Below are positions 27,701-40,400 of a stretch of 64,000 bases of DNA, piece by piece (the first letter of the stretch is position 1; each line of letters begins with the position of its first letter). Made by a program: the position numbers and the translations under genes. The stretch spans positions 185,566,001 through 185,630,000 of the forward strand of contig JBITNC010000001.1 of the NCBI GenBank assembly GCA_050084985.1, given 5' to 3'. This DNA comes from Nageia nagi. Its lineage: Eukaryota; Plantae; Pinophyta. The notes under the pieces are model-generated. The model made no database searches, was not told the DNA's origin, and saw only the letters and a list, made by a program, of their open reading frames with translations.

Positions 27701-28860
27701 GAGGAGGTTTATGTGAACCAACCTCAAGGATTTGTAGAACAAGGTAAGGAGAACCTTGTCTACAAGTTGAAGAAGTCATTATATGGTTTGAAATAGACTC
27801 CGAGGGCATGGTACTCTTGCATTGATGGCTACTTCACTAAATATAGTTTTACTAGGAGCAAAAGTGAACCGACACTCTACTACATGAACAAAGGTAAAGA
27901 TATCCTAATTGTGTGTTTGTATGTGGATGATCTTATATTCATGGGTAGTAGTAACAAACTGAATAAGGTTTTCTAGAATTCTATGATGCAAGAATTCAAG
28001 ATGATAGATCTAGGTTTGATGCATTATTTCCTAGGCATGGAAATACATCAAAAGGAGAATGAGATCTTAATTTGTCAACTTAAGTATGCTTAGGACATGC
28101 TCAAGAAGTTTGCTATGGAGAAGTGCACACCAATTGCAAGTCTGATAGGACATGGGATTCAGTTATGCAAAGAAGATGGAGCATCAAAAGTTGATAAGAC
28201 AAATTACAAAAGTATTGTTAGAAGTCTAATGTTTCTCACCAATATATGGCTAGATATTTAGTATGCAATTTCCCTAGTTTCAAGGTATATGGCTAATCCA
28301 TCAGAACTTCATCTACAAGTAGCTAAGAGAATCTTGAGGTATGTAAAAGGTACAATGGATTATGGGATTCACTACTACAAAATAGATGTTGCAAAGTTGG
28401 TTGGTTTCAATGACAATGATTGGGGAAGTAACATTGATGATAGAAAGTCTACTTCAGGAAATTATTTTAGTCTTGGGTTAGGGCTTATTTCTTGGTGTTC
28501 AAAGAAGTAGATAGTTGTAGCTCTATCATCTACTGAGGTTGAGTACATAGTAGTGACACATGCTAGTACCCAAGTCTTATGGCTACGAAAGATACTTGAA
28601 GAGATTGGTGAACAACAGAATGATCCTACCATCCTATATAGTGACAACATGAGTGCCATCCAGTTGGCATACAATCCAATCCACCATAAAAGATTAAAGC
28701 ACTTTGACATGAAATATCATTTCATTCGAGACATGGTGGAAAAGAAAGTGGTTGAGCTAAAGCATTGCAGTACTCTGGACAACATTACAAATATCTTCAC
28801 TAAAGGCATTGCCAAAGCTCAATTTTTAAATTTGAGAGATTGCTTGGTCAGCCCTCTCAT
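24711..28860 (+). pseudogene. Copia gag-pol polyprotein with stops and frameshifts
   Basis: ATG at 24711 (MTSVNNPLPISEFNGTKYEYW); CHYCHKLGHYAREC; WILDTGCSNHMTG; INT DDFTR...TDNGGEF...PQQNGVAER; RT KARLVAKGF, MDVKSAFLNG, YVDD; RH DDRKSTSG...KHFDMKYHFIRD. Confidence 0.95.
25006..25069 (+). repeat. 32-bp tandem duplication that frameshifts gag
   Basis: TGCTTATCATGGTAACACACAAGTAAAACAAG x2. Confidence 0.95.
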
Positions 28861-28875
28861 CTTTAAGGGGGAGAA

Positions 28876-29124
28876 TGTTAGATTAATATCTAATATATAG
28901 TTTGTAATATATTAGATAGTGATTATTAATAAACACATGGTCAAATGTGACTATGCCTAGGAATTAGGATTAGATAAACCTTTCTTACTATTTTCTAGGT
29001 AGACTTGTTCACATATAGCATATTTCAATTTTTAGTTGATTTAGAGAGGATTTCTCTCACACTATTGTAAGGCTATATCAGCCTATATATATATTCTTAA
29101 TTCTATGAAGAAGTACTTCAGTCA
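28876..29124 (+). repeat. 3' LTR
   Basis: TGTTAG...AGTCA, preceded by the PPT. Confidence 0.95.
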
Positions 29125-32100
29125 ATATAGTTCAAACCCAAGAGCATTATAATATTTATATCAATATATTCCATTAACCAAGATAACCATCATCCTTTCT
29201 ATTTGTTCAATTTGTGCCAAATAAGGTTGACATATCACCAACTAGTAACCTACACTTGAGTCTATCATCCCTTTAAAATGCCATGCTTCATAAAAAGAAA
29301 AATGTTCCTAGATTACACAATAGTCTCATATCCTACTAACATTATCTTATTCAATATTCATAACATTGATGGATACATCTTTTTTAGTGTTCATCTTTTT
29401 TAGGATAAAATGTATATGGTTATTCCTTTATTTTGTTGTTGAATTACCAATTTTTGATATGATTGTACACTCAAAATTTTAGAAAAATCATGACCAATTA
29501 CATGCTTTCTCTATGTTGATAATTTTGTGAGGTATATTGTATCATAAGAAGGGGGCGCAAAGCAACATTATGAGTATACTTATGAGGAAGCTACATTTTA
29601 CAAAGCATAAGGTGTATGCAAGTTTCAAACAAGAAGGTACAAATCATTAAGAAGACTTGAAAAATAATTATATTTTCATTTGAGATGATTTTTCCATTTT
29701 ATAAGCTTCTACCACATAAAAGAGACATCTTTATATAATGGGTTGGTCCATACTGAATCAAAAGAATGTTGATATCAATTTCAGTAGGCTATTGGAGACA
29801 AAGTGACAAAACTTTATATTGATTTTCATCTTCAATGATTAAAGGAAGAATAAATCTAACTTTAAAAACCTTCTTAGAGGCAAAGACAAAAAAAAGTATG
29901 TGTGTAAGCTAACTATGTTATCAATCTTATGGATGAAAACCAACTTTGTTGATGGTCACATGGGTAAAAACTAGCATAGATAGTAGCTATATTTTGAAAA
30001 AAAATAGTTAGCAATTATGAGATTGAAAATAATTTTTTTGATGAAATTAACCTTTTTTGAATTAATATCTAGTCTATCAATATATCAAGAAGGCACTTAC
30101 AACATCAACATAATACCCCAATACCACAAGCCAATCACACAATGAACACAAGATATAAAATGGTTCCTCCCTCCTTGAGAGTACATCCACTAACTAATAT
30201 CTTCTTATTCTCAAGGACCTCTCTTACAGAATCTATCCTCTCTCCAAACCCTAAACCAAGCTTTACAATTATTTTCATTACAATGAAAGGAGGGGTACCT
30301 CTCTAAGAAGAAACCCACCCTTTAACCTCCATTTAACCCAAGTGTAAGGTTAAAAGTATTTCTATATTTATTCCTCTTTCTATATTTATCCCCTTATGCT
30401 TTAAGGTATCTAAAGATACTTTAAACATGAAGTGAATTTATATTAAAGAGAAATATTACATAATATTACATTACAAATTCTAACACTCCTTGTTAATGTA
30501 ATATTGAGATAAAGTGTAGAGAAATAAGAAAGATAGAGTAAGAGAAGTTCTCCTCCAAAGAGATACAAGTAAAGATGAGAAATTTTACATCTTTGAGATA
30601 TAAGCAATATCTTAGTTTGAGATTCACTATAATACCATTTGAAAAAATAGTTTACAATACAATCATTAACCATAATTGGTTTCACTGTAACTATAGTCAA
30701 TAACATTGAGTTGACATGTGAGCCTTCATGAGCTTGCCCACCTAAAGTAACCTGCATTCTTAAGATGAAACCTGCAAGCTACAATATGCTCATAAATAAG
30801 ATCAGTTAGATGCATCATATAAATATTCATATCAATCATAAGATAAATGAACTAAGTAATGCCATCTATAAATTGATCAATGATGCACTATAAGTTATCA
30901 CAAAGATGCCAAGCTAATACTTATAGTCATTTGTTGTATATTAGAAACATGTGTTGATAAACAATAAAAAGAGCATATGCATATATCAATCACTCACATA
31001 TGGATAACCATATAATACCAACAAACACATACTAATTTCTTGTATTTTGTTCCTCACACAAAGAGAACTAACCATTAAGGTGTACATTTAAGATCAACAC
31101 TATACAACTAAATATCCTCCTAAGGATGAAGTTGTCATCACAAATATGAATTCGATATAGAGGGATGAAGTTTTCATAATAAACATTAATTCAATATAGG
31201 AATTCAAACTTCACTCGCCCTTTGAGGAAACTTCACTACCATAAGAGACTTTCAAAGTGTGTAGAACAAAGTTTCTAAAGTATCTAGTGAATAAATTAAA
31301 AGAGTCAAAGTCAAATGAATAGAGCTATAGGTTCTCCATCAAGAACTTTTACCCTAATATAATATGCTTGGATTTGTAATGAATTATAATTCATCACTTA
31401 AGATGTCAACCCCATATTTATAGTCACCTAAAGAGCAATGTATGAACAAAGTATACAAACAAAAGAAAGTGTGAAACAACTTTATGAAAGTAAAAGGAAA
31501 AAATAATGGATTCACCAAGAAGTCAACCTTTACTCCCTTTTTGAAGGCAACTTCACCAACCCAATAGAATCCCTAAGCTTATAGGACTAGGCTTCAAGAA
31601 GGGGATTGGTGAATAAATCAACAAATTTTAAGATAGATGGATAATATTACAAGTGTAGAAGACCATCTAAAACCTTCTCTTTGATGAAATGAGCTTGGAT
31701 TTTTACATATTTTGTTCTCTAATGGAAAATATGATTCTTTGGAAAAGTAATAACTAATTTATTATCTAAACAAATTTGACAAGGATGAACTTTCTCATAC
31801 CCAACTTCTTTTAGTAGATGCCTCAACTAGATGTATTCTTGGGATGCAACTAACATTGCATGATATTCAACCTATGTGGTGGAGAGAGCAATAGTAGGCT
31901 TTTTCTTGAAATCCCAAGAGATAACACCTAAACCAATGCTAAAAATATAAGTAGAGGTTGATTTTTTGTCATCTCTATCTTCCCCATAGTTAGAATTTGA
32001 GAATCCTAAGAGAATAAATGAGGTCAACTTATCATACTTATGAGCAAGATCTTTAGTGCTTTCAACATATCTCAAAATTTGCTTAACTACATTGAGTTCC

Positions 32101-34027
32101 TCAACATATGGCTTTTGCATAAAGTGAACCAAAAAATTCATAATGAAGGCAATATTTGGCTTGGAGATAGTTAGATATACTAGACTACCAATTATTTGCC
32201 TATAAGTTGTAGCATCTACCAACTTAGAGTTGAAACTAAGAGACAAAGTGATTTTAGGAGAAACTAAGATTGTAATAGATTTGCACTCCTCCATTTCAAA
32301 TTTATACAAGATATTTGAGATATACTTAGATTGAATAAGATAAGTATAATCCTTGTATTGGAAAACTTACATACCAAGGTAGTAGTGCAATAAATCAAGG
32401 TTTGTCATTTCAAAAGTTGCCTTAATTTTGGATATGCAATCTTATATGAGAACTATATTATTCCTTGTATAGTAGCTAAATAATGCAATTAATGCAAATG
32501 GAGTTGATTAATGCACTATTGCTCTACTTTATGAATATTCACACATATATCAAAAATATGGTAATAACATGTATAAAAAATTTAGTGTTGTTTACTTATA
32601 TTCTATATTCATTTTATTAATCATAAAATGCATAAAAGATAGAGCATGCATTCATTTGGTTATGGCTCTTCTTTTTGAAGTGAGGTTTCATTGGACCTAG
32701 TTCCATAGAAGGTTCCTTAGTAGTGATGATCAACACTTTATTGTTAAGAATTTTCTCATGTTTCAAGAGAAGCCTTGATAAATTTTTCAAAGAGAACACT
32801 TCTTTCTCATCATCAAATATAACTTTAATAATAGTCAAAAAGTAGCTAAATTTAGTAGAGAGGCTTTGAAGGATAATGAAAGTCAGAAACTCATCATTAA
32901 TCTAATTGCAACCACACCCTACAAGTTGGGTCCTAAGGTTAATAAATTTATTCAAATGTATTTCCACACTTTGTTTTTCCTCTTGATATGATTGCAGTAA
33001 ATTTTGAATAATGGTGAATCTTCTAAAGAATTTGGTGCCAAGGTAGATACTCTTAAATTTATCCCAAGCTTCCTTTCTAGAGTTTGAAGAAGATATCATG
33101 AGGAGGATTTCATTTGAAATAACACAAAATCATAGAGATTGTCAAATCATTCTTTGTATTATAAGCTTCAAGTTCCTTCTCCCCTGATGGAGCAACTTGG
33201 TTTTCACTAATAATCATCCAAAGTTTTTGGCTTAAAGTTCTTCTTTCATCCTAGATACCTAATTACCATAATTGGAACCATCTAAGATATTCTTGGATGT
33301 AAAAGAGTCTCCCATTAATGTAAAATAATATGAAGGATATAAATAATGTAATCATACATGTTGAGTTTAAAAACATTAATCATACAAATACATGTTTGAA
33401 CTCATCAATAAATTAAATGCTTAAAGTATTAACAAGAATAATAATTATCTATAAAACATTTTTATCACCAAGTATAATCGTAATGAAGATGTTGAGGCTT
33501 GTTTTCTTGTCTAAAATGAGGCTTTCACCTAGATGCCTAAAAGGAGCCTAGGTCCTACCAATCCTCAACTAGTTCACCTTTGGCAACAATATACTTTCAC
33601 AAGGAGAAGTACTAGCTATTTTTCAAGATTATGACATATGGTGAATTGACCAAATTAATGATCTTGATTAAGTTTTCAATTTTTCTCTTAGGTTATGAAG
33701 ATAATAGTTGAATGGATGGGCGAATATGTGGTATCACTACACACATGCCTATCCATTTATATGAAGTTAAATACAAACCAATATACAACTTAGGGATAAT
33801 TAAGAACTACAAACTTTTGACCACTTGGATCATTAGATTAAAAGGTTCCAATCTACCTTATCCTCACCTCATGGCTCCATAAATAAGTCATGTTGTGAAA
33901 TAAATGTGAATGTGTTCATTTTAGAGGAACTAATTTTAAATGTTTACATACTTTGTATATAAAGTAAAATGCAAAATAATAAAATGCTTTAAATATGAAA
34001 CTACATCTAACATCATCCATAAGTAAA

Positions 34028-34222
34028 AGAGTCCAATGGGTTTTGTTACAACCTCTAATGGATCTCTTTACAAAGGTTCATTAATTTTAAGTAACAACAA
34101 GTGAGCCTAACAGTTCAATCTTTACTACAAAGGTTCATTAAGTTTAAGTAACAACAAATGAACCTAAGAGTCTAATGGGTTTTGTCACAACCCCTAATGG
34201 ATCTCTATACAAAAGTTCATTA
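34028..34222. repeat. Compound tandem repeats built on an ACAAAGGTTCATTA core
   Basis: AGAGTC(C/T)AATGGGTTTTGT...GGATCTCT at 34028 and 34168; TTTAAGTAACAACAA twice. Confidence 0.85.
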
Positions 34223-34838
34223 TCCAAAAATTGAGGAATTCTTCCTCTTGTGACTAAAACCATTGAACTTAAAAATAATTTCTTTATAATTAATTCATAG
34301 ATAAAAAAGAATTTTTATCCATCCATGTGTGCAATAATTATGCATTAGGACAAAATTGTAAGCCATACATTTTAAAATTTTATCCACTTATAATAATTAT
34401 GCATTAAAAATTATCCATTCACATGTGTGCATAATAATAATCATGCATTAAGATAAAAATCATTAAAGACAAAAAACATTAAACTATGTACTTAAAAATC
34501 TAAGTAAATAATCTTTTTATCTTAAATGTATGACTAATAAAATCCCTTATAATAATTTGCACTTAAGGATAATTTAGAAAATAATAATGTTAAAAAAAAT
34601 TGCCAATAATTTGAAAAGTTAAAAAAACTATTTTATTTTGCAAAAAATAAAACTTTACCTTTTTTTTTTTGTAAAAGATGCCCAACATAATTTAAAAAAA
34701 CTTTGCTTTTTTTTTTAAATTAACCCCTTTGTTGCTTTTGTAAAAAAGTAATTGTCTATTTTTTTCTTTAAAAAAAATAAAAAATAAAAAAAGCTTAAAA
34801 AGAATTTAAAAAGGGTGAGGGGAGGGTGCCGATAGCCA

Positions 34839-35108
34839 TGCACACCCCATAAGGGGACCATAGGTTACGTGCACCCAACAGGGGGGTTGTAGGTCATGTG
34901 CACCCCACAAGGGGGTTGATGATCTCTTCTAAGTGTAACACCCAATGGGAGGCATCGATTGGGATGCCATGTAAACCCCCAAGAAGGGCATTGATTGGAG
35001 CTGCTATGTGCACCCTTAAGGGGGGCATCAACTAGTGTTATTGCATGCACCCCCAAGGGGGGCACCAACTAGGCTATTGCGCACCCCCAAGGGGGCATCG
35101 ATTGGGTG
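34839..35108. repeat. GC-rich array of 8 short palindromic units (consensus GTGCACCCCCAAGGGGG plus 11-19 bp linker)
   Basis: Units start at about 34839, 34869, 34898, 34933, 34971, 35008, 35045 and 35079; flanked by A/T homopolymer-rich DNA. Confidence 0.9.
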
Positions 35109-37435
35109 TAAAAAGTTTAATTTTTTTATTAAAAACTTTTTTTTAAATAAAATAGACTTAAAAAAAATAAAAAAATTATTTAAAAAAAATAGTTTTTTAA
35201 AATTAAATATATATTTTTGTTTTATATATATATATATAGCCTCCTATAAAAAAATATGACATATATTTTTTAAACATACCAGGCTTTGCATGCATGTAAT
35301 AATGTATGCAATTTAATTTTTTTACAAACATACTAGTATTGTAAGAAATTTGTAATAATAACATTATAGTTAAAATTTTTTGCAAAAAACTTTTCACCAT
35401 TTCTACATTAAGTAGAACCTTGTAAATTTAAGATATAATAATCAAAACTTGCATCATATTGCTACATGTTAGGCAATTGTACTTAAAAAAATTGCAACTT
35501 AATAAAATAATGCATAGCAATAGGATAATAATAAACTAACATGTTATTATAGCCAATATCTACTTTGAACAAATTTTGCTAAATAAAACTTTATAATCAA
35601 AGAACCAAAAAAGTTAGTAATAAAGCAAAATTTGAAAATGGACAAGGTAAGAGAGAGATTATATCTTCAAGCCCTACCTCAAAAAAGTAGATGGAGAAAG
35701 AAGATGAAGAAACTTCAAATATGTTGAAGAGGAGCCTCCAAAAAAGGCTCTGATACCACTTGATGGAATTAACATTTTCCAAATTAATCTCTAGTTTACC
35801 AAGATCTCAAGAAGGCACTTACACCATCAACATAATAACCCAATATCACAAGCCAATCTCATAATGAATATAAGATATAAAGTGGTTCCTCCCTCCTTAA
35901 GAGTACATCCACTAACTAAAATCTTCTTATTCTCAAGGACCTCTCTTATAGAATCTCTCCTCTCTCCAAACCTTGAACCAATCTTTATAATTATTTTCAT
36001 TACAATGAGAGGAGGGGTACCTCTCTATTTATAAGAAGAAACCCACCCTTTAACCTCCCTTTAATGCAAGGGTAAGGTTAACGGTGTTTCTATATTTATT
36101 CCTTTTTCTATATTTATCCCTTTAATGCTTTAAGGTATCTAAAGATACTTTATGCATTAAGTGAATTTACATTAAAGAGAAATATTACACAATATTACAT
36201 TATAAATTCTAAATTTTTTTTGGCAACTTCATTGATGAAAACCAACTACAAGACATGCTTTAGTTCATAATAAGAAAAAGGTGCTATAAAAGAAGATTGA
36301 ATGCATCCATCATACATGAATCTATTGAAAGTAATAGGTCATGCTCTAGTTTATAAGAAGAAGAGGTGTTGTATAAAGAGGATTGAATTCATCCATAAGA
36401 TATGAAATCATTGATAGTAAAAATTATGCATCTAACTTTCTAGCTTAGATTTAATTAACATATTTAAATATGTATTTTATTTGGTAAGCATTCATTCCCA
36501 ATTATTAGGATCCCTAGTTAATCTTTTTGTTGCTATCCTATTACATTAACGAATCCAATAGTTATATATTGAACTAGGAGTAATTTTCATTATGACATCC
36601 AACACTCATAGCTGATAACACTTATCTAGTATGCCATTTAATTCCTCTTCACTTATTTTCTCTATTCCATTTAAATTAGCTTGACCAAGGATATTTAAGC
36701 TAGGAGGAGGAGAAGAGGATAGTCAATTTACAAGTGCTATGTTTATGAAATCAAGTATAGAATGCCAAAGAGGAAAGTTAAAACAAAAATCCCAATCTAT
36801 CTTACACCCAAATGATAAAATGCTTCAGATTATCATTAACATGATCAAATTGCATCTGGTCATTAGATATTAGAGAAGAATCAAAACATATATTAAAGCA
36901 ATATGCATAGGTTATAATAAATGAACTAACTATAATTGGGATATATAATTGATCATCAATCCAAGTTGTATAATAGTTTCTAATATTCAATTTACTTTAG
37001 TATCCTCTAGCTTGCATTGTGGGGATTCACACTTCACAATGTAAGTGGACATAACTATTGGATAAATACAAGAAATTCTAAATAAATGTTGTTGCAATAC
37101 TAAATTTTTATACTTAGCTACTTGGAACTATAATACTTCTCTTGAGTTGGGATATTAAACATTAATTTCTAGACAAGGTAATCATGTCATATTAGATTTT
37201 GATGAGTTGAAAAAAATGAAATGTCATCTATAAGAAATTTGATATTTAGTGATATGCAAGTGGTTGGCATAAAATTAGTTTTTGTACTTTACAAGATTAT
37301 CATTGGTGCATATTTCAAACAAGATCTTATGTAGGTCCTCACAATGATGAAAACATTGGTATTGGCATCATAAAATTTGAAAGGTGGGCAAGATTGGTGT
37401 ACCTTGGATTAATAAAGGAGTATTAGTAATAGAGG

Positions 37436-40400
37436 TATAGATGGTTAAAAATTATTCATATTTATTAAATAATTTATTTTTATAGCATCAAAAGATGTTT
37501 ATTGTAAAAAGGGGTTAAATTACATATAAAGAAATGTAATCAATATAAAAGGACTACTAACCAATGTGAGTGGTATAAAATATTTATAAAGGCATCATGA
37601 ACTATTTAATATGTGATGATACTAAGGAAAGGAAAAAATCAATATGTTGCTATAAAAAATATCAAAGGAAAATAATTCATCATTAGAAGATCATCAACCA
37701 TATAGAAGAATAAATGCATATCATATATCCAAACAATAGTGGTATTTTGTGACACCACCTATCTAAAGATTTGTTATATATCTTTCATCACACTTCACAT
37801 ACTTTAATTTTTGCATTTGATCTCACTTATTGTAAGGCATCTATGGTGTTCAATCACTAAGATGCTGATATCATTATTCTTGAGTTCAAACGAGTGGTGA
37901 TTATGGATAGGCTTTACTTATTACCTATTTATTCATATCTGATGAAGGTACATATTTATTATTATCATAAGTTGGTATATTTTTTATATATACTTTAATA
38001 TTACATTTGTAGGGAAATAGTGCTTTGTTTATTATATTATACATAATTTCTAGACTAATTTTTTTGTGAACCTGACATGAAATAAAAAGAGCAAAAAGAG
38101 ATCTCATAGTAGAGTTCCCTCAAAATGATAGGGTTGTTATACATTAGGAGTTCCTAGATAATTATGACTAGTACATGCCTCCTTTAGAGCATGAACACCA
38201 TGGTGGAGCACATCCACATTGTTATGAAGATCAATGGGAAATCCTAGATGAGTTTGTATGCTACCTAGAATATGAACCCAAGGCTTGGAAATTACATTTT
38301 GATAGATCAAAGTGTACATATAGAGTAGGGATAGTTATTGTTCTAGTTTCACATTCTAATAATGTAATTCCTATGGCATATAAGCTTGGATTCACGTACA
38401 CTAACAATATGGTAGAATATGAGGCTTTGATTATAGGTTTGAAAGCAACTATTCTCTTAAAAATAGAATATTTAGAAATATGTAGTGATTCATAACTTAT
38501 CATTGACCGAGTAGATAACATATGCAATACAAAGGATGAAAAAATGCATTCTTACAAGATAATGGTTATTGAGCTTTTTCATCAGTTTCAAAGGTACACT
38601 ATTGCTACTATCGCAAGAATAAATAACAAATATGTCAATGAAATGGTAAGCACAACTTACATAGCTCTAATTGAAATAGCAAATGAACATACAATTTTGA
38701 AGATAAAGCATTTGGCTACCCATTCTTATATGGATAGTGATAGTGACATAGAGGTATTTTGTATTTCATAGGATGAAATTCATTCATTATGGTATAATGA
38801 TATTTATAAATATTTAAAAGATCAGTAAATTCCAAAGAATTATGATAGAAATGAAAGGATGAGATTAAAGAGACAAGCTCTTAAATATGTAATAATTAAA
38901 GAAGTAATATATAGAAAATCATTCAATGAAGCTTTATTAAGATGTTTTACACAAGATGAAATAACAATGATACTTGAGTAGGAAAATGAGGGGTTATGTG
39001 GGGGATATTTCTTTACAAAGGCTTTATATACCAACCTTTTATGAATTTGATACTATTGGCCAACAATGGAGGAGGATTGCAAAGATCATGTGAGGATTTA
39101 TATTCAATATAAAAAACACTCTAATTTAGAAAAAAACCAATATAAGAGCTTAATTCAGTTATTTCATAATGGCCTTTTATAATTTGGGACATACACATAT
39201 TTGGCTTGATCAATCCACACTCAAGAGATGGGTATAAATTTATTATCATGGCTACAAAATATATAACCAAGTGGGTAGAAGAATATCCAATGAAATCATT
39301 CACATAAGAGAAAATTATAAACTTCTTGATTGAGAATATCATCATAAGATTTAGTGTCCCATAATAATTAATCATGGATAATGGGCCAAACTTTAAATGT
39401 AAGGACATGAAATTCTTTTGTAAAAAGTTTTATATTACTCAAAAGTTTTCCTCAATTTATTATCTATAAGGAAATGGCCAAGTTAAGGCATAAAATAAGA
39501 TAATCAAAAGTATCTTATCAAATACTTAGAATAGGTACAAGAGAGATTGACATCAATAATTGCTTTATTCACTTTGTACATATTGGAAAAGTATAAGGAT
39601 CTCCACTGGGGTAACTCCATTTTCATTAGTTTATGGTGATGAGGCTGTGGTACCACTAGAACTAGAGATTCCATCTTTGTGAATCTCATTACATGGAGAC
39701 ATACCAAATGAAAAAGCAAGGTAAGTAAGGTTACATCAATTAAAATATCTTGATGAAAAATAAATCCATGCAATTGAACATAAAAATCCCACCATGCAAA
39801 GTTAAAGAGAGTATTAAAAAAAGATCAAGCCAAAGACCTTTCAGATAGGGGACTTGGTGCTAAAAGAAAACATCAATAAAACTACTACAAATGATGGAGT
39901 AAAAGGAAAATCTAAATCAAATTGGCTAGGACCAATTTTTTTAGTAGAAGCTATAGGATCAAGTGCATACAAGTTGTCTTTAATGCATGGAAAAGAAGAG
40001 CCAAAAATATTTTATGCATGAAGAGTAAACCCCATGTCTGAAATTATCCACAATGCATCAAAATGAGATACATGTACAATATATTGTATTTTTATTTCAA
40101 GTTTCATTTTTACTTTTGTAAGGAATCAATGTTGTATTTCTTCTTGTACATCATCAACATTGTAAAAAAATGCAAACATAATATCTTTAGATCATGGACA
40201 TAAAATGCATAATCATCGATGGCCAATGATACAAGTAGTGAGAGTTCACTCACTTAAATGAAAACTAGTAAAACAACTATTAGTAAGGATGTTGACATTA
40301 GCTCATACCCAATGGAAGATACACCTTACTATGTATCCATACATAGTTATGATTACAACCATAAAAAACATAATATCTTCAGATTATGAACATAAAACAC

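Larger units (their letters stand above)
22661..29124 (+). mobile_element. Full-length Ty1/Copia retrotransposon, inactivated
   Basis: 249-bp LTRs (22661-22909, 28876-29124; 8 mismatches); perfect PBS TGGTATCAGAGC (22913-22924); PPT AAGGGGGAGAA (28865-28875); order gag-PR-INT-RT-RH. Confidence 0.97.
30039..36213 (-). mobile_element. Internally deleted Ty1/Copia element
   Basis: ~450-bp LTR pair (30039-30485, 35761-36213); TTTTT TSD; perfect PBS GCTCTGATACCA (35747-35758); gag remnant ~32830-33310; RT C-terminus and RH (ORF 31872-32309: YRQIIGSLVYL...DDKKSTS). No integrase or RT N-terminus seen. Confidence 0.9.

Noticed and set aside
22656-29129. TSD for the 22661-29124 Copia
   Set aside because: The flanks AAAAT and ATATA do not match; a 4/5 match needs a 1-bp shift, so no TSD is claimed.
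34839-35108. CRISPR array
   Set aside because: Repeats are degenerate, linkers are short (11-19 bp) and related to each other, there are no cas genes, and the context is plant nuclear DNA.
34865-35259. ORFs 34865-35068 and 35035-35259
   Set aside because: By-products of the GC-rich repeat array and A/T tracts.
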